A stretch of 64,000 nt of DNA, taken from Antedon mediterranea. Its lineage: Eukaryota > Animalia > Echinodermata. The stretch lies in assembly GCF_964355755.1 (NCBI RefSeq), contig NC_092674.1, forward strand, positions 6,634,001 to 6,698,000, given 5' to 3'. Both the position numbers and the translations under genes were made by a program. How positions within the stretch are numbered: position 1 is the stretch's first letter; each line of letters starts with the position of its first letter. Under the pieces are notes generated by a model. That model searched no databases. It was not told the origin of the DNA and saw nothing but the letters and a program-made list of their open reading frames with translations. Positions 27,139 through 40,143 of the stretch are shown piece by piece.

Positions 27139-28654
27139 GTATGACCATTGTTAAGAGGAGAACTTCGTGACTTAACTTATATACTGGTATCTCCTTAATA
27201 AGGATTGGCTGTAAATGTTAAAACATTTTCCCCTCGTTTCTTTAACAGGAAAACGTCCCTAGTCTTAAAGGACCGATCCTACTGTAATTCAAATATGACG
27301 GAGGGCGCTGTTTAAGAGCACTTTTTCCTATTTATTTTTAAGTCAATCACAGTTCACTGTTCTGCGTCTTCGTTTTCAAATTCTTCAATATATTATTGTT
27401 GGAATGGTTGTACTGAATAACGTCTTAAATACACCGGAAGGATTAAACAAAACCTAGAATAATTAGGATTAACTTAAGTAGGGCCTAACAAAATACATAT
27501 GGTAACTGGCAGACAAAGCTAATGGGATACACATACAAAGTGATATAAAATTAGCTAAATGATGCCTAAATGAACACATTGTTCATTCACATCCGCTAAA
27601 CAGCCGCATATTACATAAACTATTATTAAAACGAGTCAGCATTCTATGTTTTAATTTGATATACATTATGGTTTAAATGAGCTCGATTAAAACCCACCTA
27701 GATGGTTTAATGACAAACATTTGTATTTGTCGTAAAAAGGTTTTCTTGATTTCAATCAAAGTACTCTTTATTCCCATCAACCTTCGAAATATGTCGTAAA
27801 GTTGGATTGCATCATCATCTTATACAGTTTAACTGATTGATTGACTATAACATAGAATGGAGCATTTAAACATACCTCACCACTATAAAACACATTTACA
27901 TACAGTGGTTTTGAGTAAACGTTCAAGAAAAACAAATGTTGAGTTTATTTTGTTTGAAAACAAAAATTACAGTTTTGCAATGCAACATAAATGTTATTAG
28001 GACTTTCAAACACCATTTTTTAATTTGATAACATTTGTATGCAACAGTGTACATTACCGTATTTAATATTAATCATTATTAAATTAATACTGTAGTTAAC
28101 TACAGTAGATCAAAGTAGGAGACACCTGCGGCACCCAACAAAGTTGGATATTCTCTGAAGAAGAGTTGCCTCTTGTTTGTTTCATGGGAAAGTGTCACCT
28201 GGATGTACACTGTACGGGTATCCAAAACTTGTAAGCATATTGTAGGCTTATATGTAGGCTATACCATTACAGAATTTAACCGAAGTCACAGTGGATACAC
28301 TGGCATCGTACGGATGGTTGATAACAATAAATAGAAAAACAGAGCCGATACGATATCACACTCAAAAAACAAATCACGTAAAAACCATAATAAAATTTTC
28401 AAAATAGACCAAGAAGGTCAATCGATGTGACAAGCAAATAAAACATAATAATGTAATCATGTAAATCACTTTTTTTATTACTACAACACCCAAGTGAACC
28501 AGTACAAGGACCACAATGCCACCATACAAACAACTTTCACGTATTACTCATAAATAACAAAATAAAACATCAATATCTACTAACCACTAACAAACAAACA
28601 TTTCAATTTTGAATTCTTCTGGTGGGTTAAAAAAACATCAGAAATCTTCGTTAT

Positions 28655-29600
28655 TGTTTGACATTTGTAGTTTTCAACGTTTGAAATTTGACATATGTGA
28701 TTCGCAAAGTTTGACATTCGTGTTTCTCAACTTTTGACATTTCTGGTTTTCAATGTTTGAAATCTGACATTTGTGTCAACCTATGACAGTTGACATTCAT
28801 GGTTCTTAAAGTAATACGTTTGATATTGTCTGGTTTTCAATGTTTGACATTTGACATTTGTGTCAACCTATGACAGTTGACATGCATGGTTCTAAAGATA
28901 CAGCAGGGAGATACATCTCCCTGGATACAGTATGCATTTCTGGTTCTCAGCGTTTGAAATTATTGTGATTTTCAACGTTTGACATCTGAAATGTTGTGGT
29001 TGTCGTTTGACATTTGACATTTCTGATTCTCAAGGTTTGACATTTGACATTTCTGGTTCTCAAGGTTTGACATTTGACATTTCTGGTTCTCAACGTTTGA
29101 AATTATTGTGGTTTTCAACGTTTGACATCTGAAATGTTGTGGTTGTCGTTTGACATTTGACATGTCTGGTTCTCAAGGTTTGACATTTGATATTTTTGGT
29201 TCTCAAGGTTTGACATTTGATATTTCTGGTTCTCATCGTTTGCCATCTTACATTTGTGATTCTCAACGTTTAACATTTGACATGTTGTTCTCAACCTATG
29301 ATAGTTAACATTCGTGGTTCTCAATGTATGACATCTGACATATGTGGTTCTCAACTTGTGACATTTGACATTGAAGGTTATCAACCTTTTAAATGTTCAG
29401 TTTTGAAATTTGAAATACGTTGTTGTTTCATGGATCTGACATTTGTGGTTCTCAAGGTTTGACATTTGACATTTTTGGTTCTCGGCGTTTGACATTTGAC
29501 ATTAAATGGTTCTCAAGGTCACTGACATTTGACATTTCTGGTTATTAGCGTTTGGCATTTGGAACGTGGGGTTCTCAAACATTTGATATCTGACCTTTTG
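28655..29600. repeat. Diverged ~30-bp minisatellite built on tttgaca
   Basis: Unit like tttgacatttgacatttctggttctcaagg; a larger internal duplication relates 28950-29050 to 29090-29190. Confidence 0.92.
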
Positions 29601-30399
29601 AAATTTAAAATTGTGTTCCTCAGGGTTTAATCAAGGAAGCTTCGTGAGTTCATACCACGTATAAGTGGTATGGTACCTTTTATTTCTCGTATTTCTCAAA
29701 ATTTAAAAACAATCTGCGCTGTCTTCTTAATCCTCTTTATTATTAACATAATTATCGACCATTCAAAATAAACATTTAAACACGACAAAATGCAAATCTA
29801 TTTGCACTTTAAAATCATCAATAAATTTAGATAACTTTAGAGCCATACAAAAAAATGAAGTATACAAATTTAAAACGGAAATCCTTCCTTGAAAGAAAAG
29901 TACCATCATATAATTTACGAAAGCAGAAAGAAACTCGCATTCGTTTGAACTTCGAATGACCCCTGTGTTGACCTGACGCGTATAAATTTGGCTCATTAAT
30001 ATTCAGTTCATAAGTCTAGGGAAATAACAGTGATCAAAATGTGCAGATTCGCTTTTTAAAACATTCTAAATCAAGATATCTAGTGTATTTATATAGTGTT
30101 TCTAATTCTGTCCCAAAGTGTTCCGTTCATGCATTGTAGTTCCCTATCACTTACGATGCTATCTGAACCTTTAAGTGATGTCTCTCACAGTTATACGAAA
30201 GTCAGCTAGATACTTAGAAAGGAATATGGATGAAGAAAACATACAAAATGCTTAAACTTGGACGATATACAAAATAACATGTTTACTGTGGTTTTATTTT
30301 GTTCATGACTGCGGGGTTAACTTTACATGAATGACTAGAAAGAAAAAGCATGGAAGTAATCAAACATTGTATGTATATATCGCAATAATGAATACTGGA

Positions 30400-30591
30400 A
30401 AATGACGATGAAGAAAAATGATATTAGTGATAACGAAGACAATGATGATGATGATGATGATGATGATGAAGATGATGATGACGATGACGAAGCTGCTGCT
30501 GCTGATGATGATGATATTAAAAGATTATGAAAATGATGATGAAGATGATGAGGAAGATGATGAGGAATAATGATGATGACGACAACGAACC

Positions 30592-30644
<53 letters not shown>

Positions 30645-30720
30645 CGGCTGTTAAAGAAAACGGTGATAACGATAACAATAAAGATAGAGATGTTAGTGGT
30701 AGTAGTGGTGATGAAGTTGA
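30400..30720. repeat. Compound (GAT)n/(GCT)n microsatellite
   Basis: Runs of gatgatgat interrupted by gctgctgct; they account for the poly-D/M/S/L ORFs. Confidence 0.95.
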
Positions 30721-31124
30721 ACAACGAAGGAGAAGAACAAAAAGAACAAAGACAAACGAGGTTGGTTTTGCAGATCATATGTTATATATTGTTATATAAA
30801 AAGAACTGATGTATAAACGACAGTTATGCTCATTAACAACAAGAATTTAATATATTAACCCAAGTGAAATACATTTGATAGAAGAGCTTACAATTACAAT
30901 TTTAACACACATCAATCAGACAAGACATAGCATTGCCGATGGCCTTTTTCAAGAGTAGAAGCAAACAGAGTTCAGAGATACGGAAGGAAGAAAGCAAATC
31001 ACGGGCAGCCAAAGCAATACTATAAATACATTACATCCGGTTAATATCTAATTAATTATATTGTACCGGCCTAGATTTATACTTATCAAATGAAAAATAA
31101 TAAGAGATTTCCCTAAGTCGTTTA

Positions 31125-31495
31125 GGCAAGGTACACACGGAGTTGAAAAAATACAAACAAAGGTACGACCGGAATTGGAAAAAAAATGCAATAAGGTCCG
31201 CCCCAGAGTTGAGAAAAAGATTACAAAGTTACGACACGAGTTGTACAAAATACAACCAAGGTACCAAAATACATCAAAGGTACTACCGGAGTTGAAATAT
31301 AGTATACAGCATTACGAGAGTGTTAAAAAAAACAAAGGTACGACCGGAATAGAAAAAAATACAACAAAGATACGACCGGAGTTTAAACAATACAACAAAG
31401 GCACGACCGGAGTTGAAAAAATACCATAAAGTACGATCGGAGTTGAAAAAATCCGACAAATTTACGACTGGAGTTGAAAAAAATACCATAAAGAA
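31125..31495. repeat. Diverged ~30-bp minisatellite
   Basis: Unit like aaggtacgaccggagttgaaaaaatacaaca, about 12 copies. Confidence 0.88.
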
Positions 31496-32930
31496 TACAA
31501 GAAAAGAAGCTATAGACAACGATGAGCATAATATCGTAAGAATGTTATGTCCTTGAGACACATAGGTTTCAAATGAATCAGCAGCAATCATCTTCTCAGA
31601 AAGAAAAACAGAAAACCATTCTCATAACAATCTATATTAATAACAATAATAAAGATAACACTTTAGGGACAACGTTTTTATATTTTCACAGGATTTTTAG
31701 TGCATTATTGATATTTATACAAGAATACATTGTGATTATAGACTAGCACAGCAAGTTCAATTTAATATACGGTTTAATTAATTACTTTAAAAGTGCCTAT
31801 GACCTTAATAAAGAAAGGAAAACTATAGATGAAAAATATAGTTCGTGCTTTCTTCGGCGTATCATAATGTATAATCGATGGCGAGCGTCCAGAATTTGAT
31901 GTAATTTCAATTTGAAATATATCTTTATGAATCTTGATCAGTTTGATAGAATTCTATGCAGAGCTCATCTATGGCAAGCCAAGTCCGCCAAAACAGTTTG
32001 GACCGTGACTATGAATACTTGGCTTACCATATTCATCTTCCTTTAAAATAGTAATCCGGTTTCTTTTTAAATATGGTTGGCTACTAAATGAGAAGTCGGA
32101 TATATAGGCCTATACAACATTCGCAAATGCTCTTATAATTTTTACTCCCAAAAAACCTGCTCTTATAAGGATAAACTCAGTAACCAAAAGTACCATACAT
32201 CAGACTTATTTTATCATCCACGTCAGAGATCAATTCAAAAACTTGAATGGGTCCTCCTAAAATAAAATGCACTCGGCACAAACGCGTCTGAGAGAACAAC
32301 ACGTAAACAGGAAAACATGCGTTCATTCAATAAAACCACAGAGACGATACCACCAAGTGTCCCCACTGGCTATACAAACCCGATAAACAGCCATTTTCAG
32401 GCACTTCAAAACTAAAATGACTTTCACACTAGACAATTTTAGCCTGCAGGTGACACGGAAAAGGGGGAAGACTCCGTCCATAGATATACAACGATATCAT
32501 TAATATTATGACGTCAGAAGTTTATCGTGAATTTTATGTTCTTTTAAATGTCAACGGCTCACTTGATAAGTTTTGCCAATTTAACAAGCGTCTAATTATT
32601 TGAGCCAAATCATCGACAGGGAGGCATTTTGGAGACAACTGAACTATATCTTATTCTCAGATTGGCAGTTGCTAATAAAAATGAAATAAAACACGAAAAA
32701 CACCAGCAGTTATGAGTTGATATTATAATTTGTACTATATGAGTATCAGCTGGTCAGAAAAATATCATAATTTTATGTCAAATCTCCGTTTTAAATTAGA
32801 AAAATCCACATCAAAAAGCTTACCGTATGACTACCCAGGGTTAACCGTCTGCCATCCCACAAAAGAAGGCCAACATTAACCTCAATGGTTTATTAATAAC
32901 GCAGTTTGTCTGGCGCGTATACTTTCCAAA

Positions 32931-33052
32931 GATGTTCCCAAATATGGTATAGTGATATTCCTAAATATGGTATTGATATGACATCATCATGTCCATATAT
33001 GGGCACATCACGTATTTTTTGGTCAAACTAGTTTGATAGTGTAAACAGAGCT
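32931..33052. mobile_element. Family A MITE, left-truncated
   Basis: cccaaatatggta..gtgatat...gtcaaactagtttgatagtgtaaacagagct. Confidence 0.8.
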
Positions 33053-33654
33053 TTGGATGTATTTATATTTAATACTTCGTTTTATTGTCCGAGAGGCTCC
33101 AACTCATTCGCTTGTTTGTTCGTTTGCCTGTTCCTTTCATTTATTAATTTCTGTTCTATTGATTAAACCATTTTGATTTTGCAGTGAATTTAAAATAGTA
33201 AAACAAATTAGCATTTAGTATTTTCAAAAAACATAACAAATATAGTTAGCATAATCCACAAATAAAACCCAGCCGTTGAGTTCTCGTCAAAATGAAACCT
33301 TCTCATTCAGATGGTAATCAGCGACTTAACAACGTTACGTCGATTTACACGCAACATATCAAGACAAAACATCAAAAGACCATTTGTCACTATCATATAA
33401 AATTATGTATCAAATCACAGGAAGCTGCTTTAAGGCAAACTAGGCTGGGTTATAATAATAGGTGAACATTCACTACGAAAGCATCAATATTATTAATAGT
33501 CATATTATAACTGCAATATAATATATAATCAAGGTAATCTAACAACCCTTGATATTATAATAAAGACATGTTTTAGCGCAGATCATTAATCTACACTTAG
33601 CTTGTACTTTAATAATATAATTACAATAAAATTTTAATTTACCATAAAAGTACA

Positions 33655-33882
33655 AAGACCCGTTTTACACAAAGGTCTTTTTACATAAAGGCCCGTTTTT
33701 TTTATATAGGATATGTTTTATCATGGTTTTACAAAAAGTCACATTTTACATAAAAATCTGTTTTACATAAACGCCCGTTTTACATACCATAGGCCTATAT
33801 GATACGTTTTACATGAATTCCTGTTTTACATAAAAGCCTGTTTTACATAAAGGTCTGTTTTACATAAAGGATCTGTTTTAAA
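33655..33882. repeat. ~17-19-bp diverged tandem repeat
   Basis: Recurring gttttacataaaggcc / ctgttttacataaa. Confidence 0.85.
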
Positions 33883-34997
33883 TAAATAATTAAAATTATA
33901 TGATATTGAAACATAAGACTAGACACGTGACCACGAAATATTGAAAAAGAAACAAAATGTTTTATATTTCTAAACAAATTGTGGATGTGGTTAATATCAT
34001 ATAACACTGATCGAATAATTTGACTATCGTTTTTACCATTTTAATTAATATGAATTAATGAATATTAATTAGCTTATCAAGACAAGCCAATAGTATTCAT
34101 TCACTCTCAATTCAATTAACATTAACACTAACAAGTCTCATCAGTAACAGGTTTCCATCAAATCCAGATATGCAATTTGTTATTACCCACAATGCTTGTT
34201 TTGATAGTAACCATACATTTCAATTAATATTAAATTATTATTTATTTACTGTTTAATATTAATAACATATCCTTAAAAAACACAGGCAGAATGGTTATCG
34301 TCATGTCTGGTGTAATTCCCGACAAACTCAAAGAAACCTGTCTATAAGTCCTGAATATTTTCGTCACAATTTGTTTTAATTTTAGTGATAATGTACCGGT
34401 ATACGAATTAAATGACGTTTGAACATCAATTCATTTTTCATAAAGGGATACTATGCTGGGCCCCGAAGGTGTCCCCTTAATAGGAGTTATGATTAAGCAG
34501 ATTTGATTGTCTGAAAACTAGCAAGATTATCCCACCAGGAACTCGACTCGACTACGTTTTTACATTCCGAATACTAACTAAATTTATATTATTCTAATTT
34601 CAACATCCTATTTGTGTTTTAAGTGATATAATCCCCGGTTCATCAATCTCACCTGGTATTGGATATAGATTATATAGTACGTGGTAGACAGTTAATTCAA
34701 CTATTTTTTAAGTCATCAGTATCTATTCAAATTCAAGATTATCCAAGACTTCTGAAGATCACTGGTTGGAGGTTGACCACAGCAGATTAGGATTAGAGTG
34801 TGTCTGTGATCTCTGTCATCTGGTGGATCACCGTTGAGGGATTAAATCACGGGTGTGATGAGCAAGAAGAAATTACCAATCTTTAGAGGTATGACGTTTA
34901 CACGCTATCTCTATCGGAGATTCTTCAAACGCGTGTAGCCTAACGTTAATAAACCTGTCTGAATTTAGGTACCCGTTTATCCGGCACTAGGCCTACA

Positions 34998-35367
34998 CTG
35001 TGCGTGTGAACACAGCTCAGCTAAACTCGGCTCTCTATGCAGGCTTACTATGTGCGTGTGAACACAGCTCAGCTTAACTCGGCTCCATGCAGGCTTACTC
35101 GGTGCATGTGAACACAGCTCAGCTTAACTCGGCTCCATGCAGGCTTACTCTGTGCATGTGAACCCAGCTCAGCTTAACTCAGTTCTATGCAGGCTTACTC
35201 TGTCCGTGTGAACACAGTTCAGCTTAACCCCATTCAATGCAGGCTTACTCTGTCCGTGTGAACACAGCTCAGCTTAACCCCATTCAATGCAGGCTTACTC
35301 TGTGCGTGTGAACACAGCTCAGCTTAACTCAGTTCTATGCAGGGTTATTCTGTGCGTGCCAACACAG
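34998..35367. repeat. 50-bp minisatellite, about 7 copies
   Basis: Unit tgtgcgtgtgaacacagctcagcttaactcggctccatgcaggcttactc. Confidence 0.96.
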
Positions 35368-36128
35368 ATTTGATTGATTTCTTTTAACTAATAAATACAG
35401 TCTCTTTTCGTTATTTCTTACATTGATTTATCATTTCTTTTTTTTTTAATCCAATACGGATCCACTTGTGTGTCCTCTCCAACGCAAATCAGCGACCCAT
35501 TTTAACTTGACTTAAGGTGCTTATAGGCCTAATATGTTATATTTATTGCTGATGATATAAAAAGAAGTGAATATCACATTATTCGATCACTAGATTGTTT
35601 CATATTACAGCCTAAATCAAAGTTTATTGCAAAAAACAATGTAATAAATTTTATTTTTAAATAAAGTACAAGGAGAAATGTCAGTATTAACAAGGATCCT
35701 GAAGGTGTCCTGTTAATAGAGGCTCTACTGTCATATTTGATATACTTATTCTTAGGCTATATATCTCAATGCTTTTTTGTGCCAAATACTAATTTCGTGT
35801 ACTCTATATAACTGAATTATTTATATGTAATACTATTCAAATTAAAATAACCATTATAGATTATGATATTAATTTAGCATAATGTTGTTATTAATATTCA
35901 CTGTTTATTGTTATCATAAAGGTTCATTTGAAGTACATTGTTATGTAGACAAGCCTATTGATCCATTAAAATCAGATAACAAAAATTAAATATTAATAAA
36001 GATAATAAAATATATAACACACAAGTAAATAGACCAAAAGGAAAATTACTGACAATTACCATGCTGTGTGGTATCAGTGGCTGGGTCTCAAATTAAAATA
36101 ATCATAATAAAGTAAATAAAAATCTTAA

Positions 36129-36459
36129 AGATATATTGTCCCCCAAAAACTTGAAAAATGAAGATTAATTAAATCAGACTTTGAATATGTTATTTTGTAG
36201 TTTTAATAAAGTTAATCACTTCCATAGAAAAAAAAACGAAAAAAAAAAAATGTTTTCACTTATAAAATGACAAAATAAATGGTTAAATTCAACCAAAAAT
36301 CCATTGGCTGGCAGCCAATTTGACCATTTTTTACTTTAAATTACATTTTTTTTTCCAATCCAATTTTTTGTAAAAGTGGATGACTATTATGTTACATTAA
36401 AATGGAATATTCAACAAAAACTGTTTTAAGAATTATTTTTTCAGGGGGACAATACATCT
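36129..36459. mobile_element. Family G, Kolobok-like element
   Basis: TTAA|agatatattgtccccc...gggggacaatacatct|TTAA. Confidence 0.85.
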
Positions 36460-36499
36460 TTAAAGTTAAAATCAAAATGATAAAGTAAAACAGTCAGAA

Positions 36500-36795
36500 G
36501 GGCATGTAGCGCAGTGTATTCGACTACTGATTTTGAGATCGAGGGTCGAATCCAACTCTGGCCACAATGCTTGTATCTTTAGGCAAGATACTTTACTTAC
36601 ATTTGTCTCTCTCAACCCAGGTGTATAAATCGGTACCCGGTTAGATCAAGACACAATGTTGCGCTGATTACCAGCTGCATTATGGGAGTATGTTTCCACA
36701 CGTTTATATAAAAAAAAAATGACCGGGTAATATTGTTCAGCGCTTAGAGGTTTCACAACATTAGGTACTATATACCCAAGATATTTTTATTATTA
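36500..36795 (+). mobile_element. SINE family D, near full length with an L2-like tail
   Basis: tRNA-like head (tagcgcagtg, gggtcgaatcc), CORE-like middle, tail cagcgcttagag...ttaggtactatata...tattatta. Confidence 0.85.
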
Positions 36796-37333
36796 GAAAG
36801 AAATGTAAAAAACTACACTATTCCTTTGTCAGGGCCAATGGTGAGAGTACTTTGAGAGAAAGAAAGAAATACAACAATGAATTACCATAAGGCTCCGCAA
36901 ATTGGGGCTAATAGATGATATTATCAGGGAAGAGAGGAATTACAAGTTCGCCTCTTCTCTGATATTATAAAAAAATATTTGAACAGGCTTGCTATTTCAT
37001 ACATATTCAAAGGCCTACGTATTTATTTGGAAATAAAATAAAATTGACTCACAAGGAAGACAAAATCCAATGCATGCATTTTTTATGTACATGTGAGATT
37101 TAAAAGCAGTCCTTTCTCAATTTTTACTATATAAAGGGTGGTGATTTCACTTCATAATCCCACCCATTTGTGGTCTCAAAAGGGAGCTAACTTTGGGATA
37201 TATTGTTGTTCTAAAAAAGTTGACAATTATGACAAGAACTAGATTTAGATCAAAAGGTGAAGGACAGTCCCAAGCAATAATACAAATAAAATGATATATA
37301 TATATTATTAACATTAGAATACTAAAACTAGTA

Positions 37334-37614
37334 CAGTAAAACACTATTAAGGGGACATCTTTAAAGCTGGGTCTACACTATCAAACTAGTTTGACAAAAA
37401 AAAGTGTGATGTGCCCAAATATGGTAGTGTTATGACATCATCATCTGCATATGGGCACATCACAATTTGTGTCACATAAGGTTTGATACTATAGTGTAAA
37501 CAAGACCAAACAAAGTGTCCCCTTAATAGAGATTGGTTGTAGTGTTAAAATAATATGTCACTTATTTTCAAAACTGTCCCTTAATAGGGGTGTCTCTACG
37601 AAAGGGTTCTATTG
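37334..37614. mobile_element. Family B element interrupted by a family A MITE (37365-~37505)
   Basis: ta|cagtaaaacactattaaggggacatc [family A] ccaaacaaagtgtccccttaataga...taataggggtgtctctacgaaagggttctattg. Confidence 0.8.
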
Positions 37615-37630
37615 TTTGAATATTATGGAT

Positions 37631-38225
37631 GGGTGCTGAATCTGGGTGCAAATGTGGCCTGAATCTGGGTGCAAATGTGGCCTGAATCTGGGTGCAAATG
37701 TGGCCTGAATCTGGGTGCAAATGTGGCCTGAATCTGGGTGCAAATGTGGCCTGAATCTGGGTGCAAATGTGGCCTGAATCTGGGTGCAAATGTGGCCTGA
37801 ATCTGGGGTGCAAATGTGGCCTGAATCTGGGTGCAAATGTGGCCTGAATCTGGGGTGCAAATGTGGCCTGAATCTGGGGTGCAAATGTGGCCTGAATCTG
37901 GGTGCAAATGTGGCCTGAATCTGGGGTGCAAATGTGGCCTGAATCTGGGGTGCAAATATGGCCTGAATCTGGGTGCAAATGTGGCCTGAATCTGGGTGCA
38001 AATGTGGCCTGAATCTGGGTGCAAATGTGGCCTGAATCTGGGTGCAAATGTGGCCTGAATCTGGGGTGCAAATGTGGCCTGAATCTGGGGTGCAAATATG
38101 GCCTGAATCTGGGGTGCAAATGTGGCCTGAATCTGATGTGCAAATGTGGTTTGAATCTGATGTGCAAATGTGGCCTGAATCTGGGGTGCAAATATGGCCT
38201 GAATCTGGGGTGCAAATATGGCTTG
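37631..38225. repeat. 23/24-bp minisatellite, about 25 copies
   Basis: Unit gggtgcaaatgtggcctgaatct with G3/G4 length variants. Confidence 0.97.
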
Positions 38226-39204
38226 AAAGAGGGTTAAATATAATTTACCATTATTTATTTCTGTAAATATGAAGATTTATTATATGAAGGGCATACAGTT
38301 TATATACAAATTTAATAACAAAACGTATTACTATAGTTAACACCATAACAATATAGTGTTATTTTTAGTATTTTTATATCTACTTATCTGCTTGCCAGAC
38401 TGACTTTTACCGCTCTATTTCGCAATAACCATGCAAAGACTTTCTTTGGCAGCTTTAGTGACACAATTTAACTTCTCACCACATAACTTTCTTTTGTTCC
38501 ATTCAGCCAAAGAAGAGGAAATTGGCTTAAATAAAAAATATCAGACGAATCTCTTTGATATCATGAACTAATTGACAGAATGAAGTTAATCTTTCAATTG
38601 ATTGTGGAATAAAATGATAGTATTGAGCTGTCATGGAGTGTCGAACCCGGACTAGGAATAAACAACGTAAGATGAAGTGGTTGCGAGAGCTTGAATAGCG
38701 CTGGATTAGACCCATCATACCGGCAGTCTTTATGGAGCGGTACATCGAATGACTTGCCGAAGGTCAGGAATAAGTCTCTTCAAAAGGACATGATCACCTG
38801 TTTTTATTCCGGTTCTACTTTACACACGTTTTAATACCAAACCGAGAAAAAATCCACGATTCATGCTAAGCCTAGTTCTAAAGAGAAAGTAGTAGAGATC
38901 AAATATTTTTAGAATATATTATGGTATTTTACACTTGAACCTTGAACACCTTGAAATTGTAAAAAAATGTACAAATTTGTATGGAAGTTATCAATATTTT
39001 CAAATTGTTTTTCTTTTATAGTGATATTACAGTATGTATTGTATAATAAGTAGGACGAGGGTGAATATGTGGTCATGACATTACAATATCACTAGGTAAT
39101 ATCATGTGATATAACAAATTTATTCTCATTTTCTTCCTGTATATCATTCTATAAACTATTGTTATTGGGGAGACATTTTCAGGACCTAACAAAGTCTTCT
39201 CTTG

Positions 39205-39938
39205 AGCCCCTTTCTCACAGAGCTGTGTGCCAGGAATATTGCGGGAATATACCATTACCATGCCGGTATGGTTTTCTGTCAGAACGGGTCGTCTTGGCAT
39301 CATGCCGGCATCGACATGACCTGCTTTAGACCTAGTAATATTGCTAGGGATATTCCCCGCAATGCCAGACGGGCATTCTGTGAGAACGTAACGCTGTTAT
39401 ATTCCGGGGTTATATTTAATTCCCAGTTGAGGCTTTGACACCTTGCGCAGTCAAGTGTATCACTTTGGCGCCGATTCAATTCAATTAACAATAATAATGT
39501 CGAACTAGAGGGATAATGAGATAAGAGAGCTGCTTAAAATAAGGGGACAAGAAGAAATTTGTAGCATAATCTATAGGAGATTGTCGATGACGGCTATTTA
39601 ATTGCTGTACCTGTATATTATATGCACAATATACTGTACATAGCATGTATTGCATAAATATGCTATAAAGGAAGAAAATAATAATCTGTAACTTAAAATT
39701 CGCCGCCATATATCGCTAGGCAAAAATAATAACAATAAAAGACTCTCATTATTATTATAATTAATTATTTTGTCAGAGACTTTTTATTGGCCGATTATGC
39801 GCGACCCCTTTCTCACAGAAAGCCGGTATATATTTCCGGCACGATAGTCCGATGAGAATGGGTATATGGCGGTAACGATACCAGCACGACGCCAGCATAA
39901 TACCGGTATATTACAGGCACATCTGTGAGAAAGGGGCT
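39205..39938. mobile_element. 734-bp non-autonomous TIR element with a 3-bp TSD (PIF/Harbinger-like)
   Basis: TTG|agcccctttctcacaga...tctgtgagaaaggggct|TTG: perfect 17-bp TIR and identical 3-bp flanks; TIR-like motifs recur internally at ~39272, 39376 and 39805. Confidence 0.9.
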
Positions 39939-40143
39939 TTGTTAAAACATAATATTAACGTTCATTCTTTTTACAGGACAGAATACCTTTTTTTAGGAGT
40001 GTACATTAGAAAATGTATTGAAATTATCAAGTTTAAAGTAAAATATGAGAATCAAATACAAAGCTTAACTAATTAAACATTTTAATTCATAAATATATTT
40101 TTCATTATTTTTTTCTTTTTATATTTTCTTTTTTTTTCAAAGG

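Noticed and set aside
30335-30809. Poly-Asp/Ala or poly-Ser ORFs
   Set aside because: A compound trinucleotide microsatellite with frame-breaking stops and no evident exon boundaries.
31125-31495. CRISPR-like look: conserved ggtacgaccggagttgaaaaa with variable linkers
   Set aside because: The linkers are short, A-rich and related to each other, there are no cas genes, and the context is eukaryotic.
33115-33135. miR-375-like 5' sequence tttgttcgtt (and similar seed-only matches near 390, 6352, 8498)
   Set aside because: Similarity stops after about 9-10 nt, and I saw no precursor hairpin.
34998-35367. 50-bp array as a CRISPR or ncRNA cluster
   Set aside because: The units are contiguous, with only point variants and no unique spacers.
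37568-38266. His/Pro/Arg-rich ORFs
   Set aside because: The 23/24-bp unit is mostly not a multiple of three, so the peptide cycles through frames; an artefact of the repeat.
38527-38800. GC-richer segment with a 72-aa minus-strand ORF and a B-box-like gggttcgac
   Set aside because: No recognisable protein motif, splice acceptor or tRNA fold; left unassigned.
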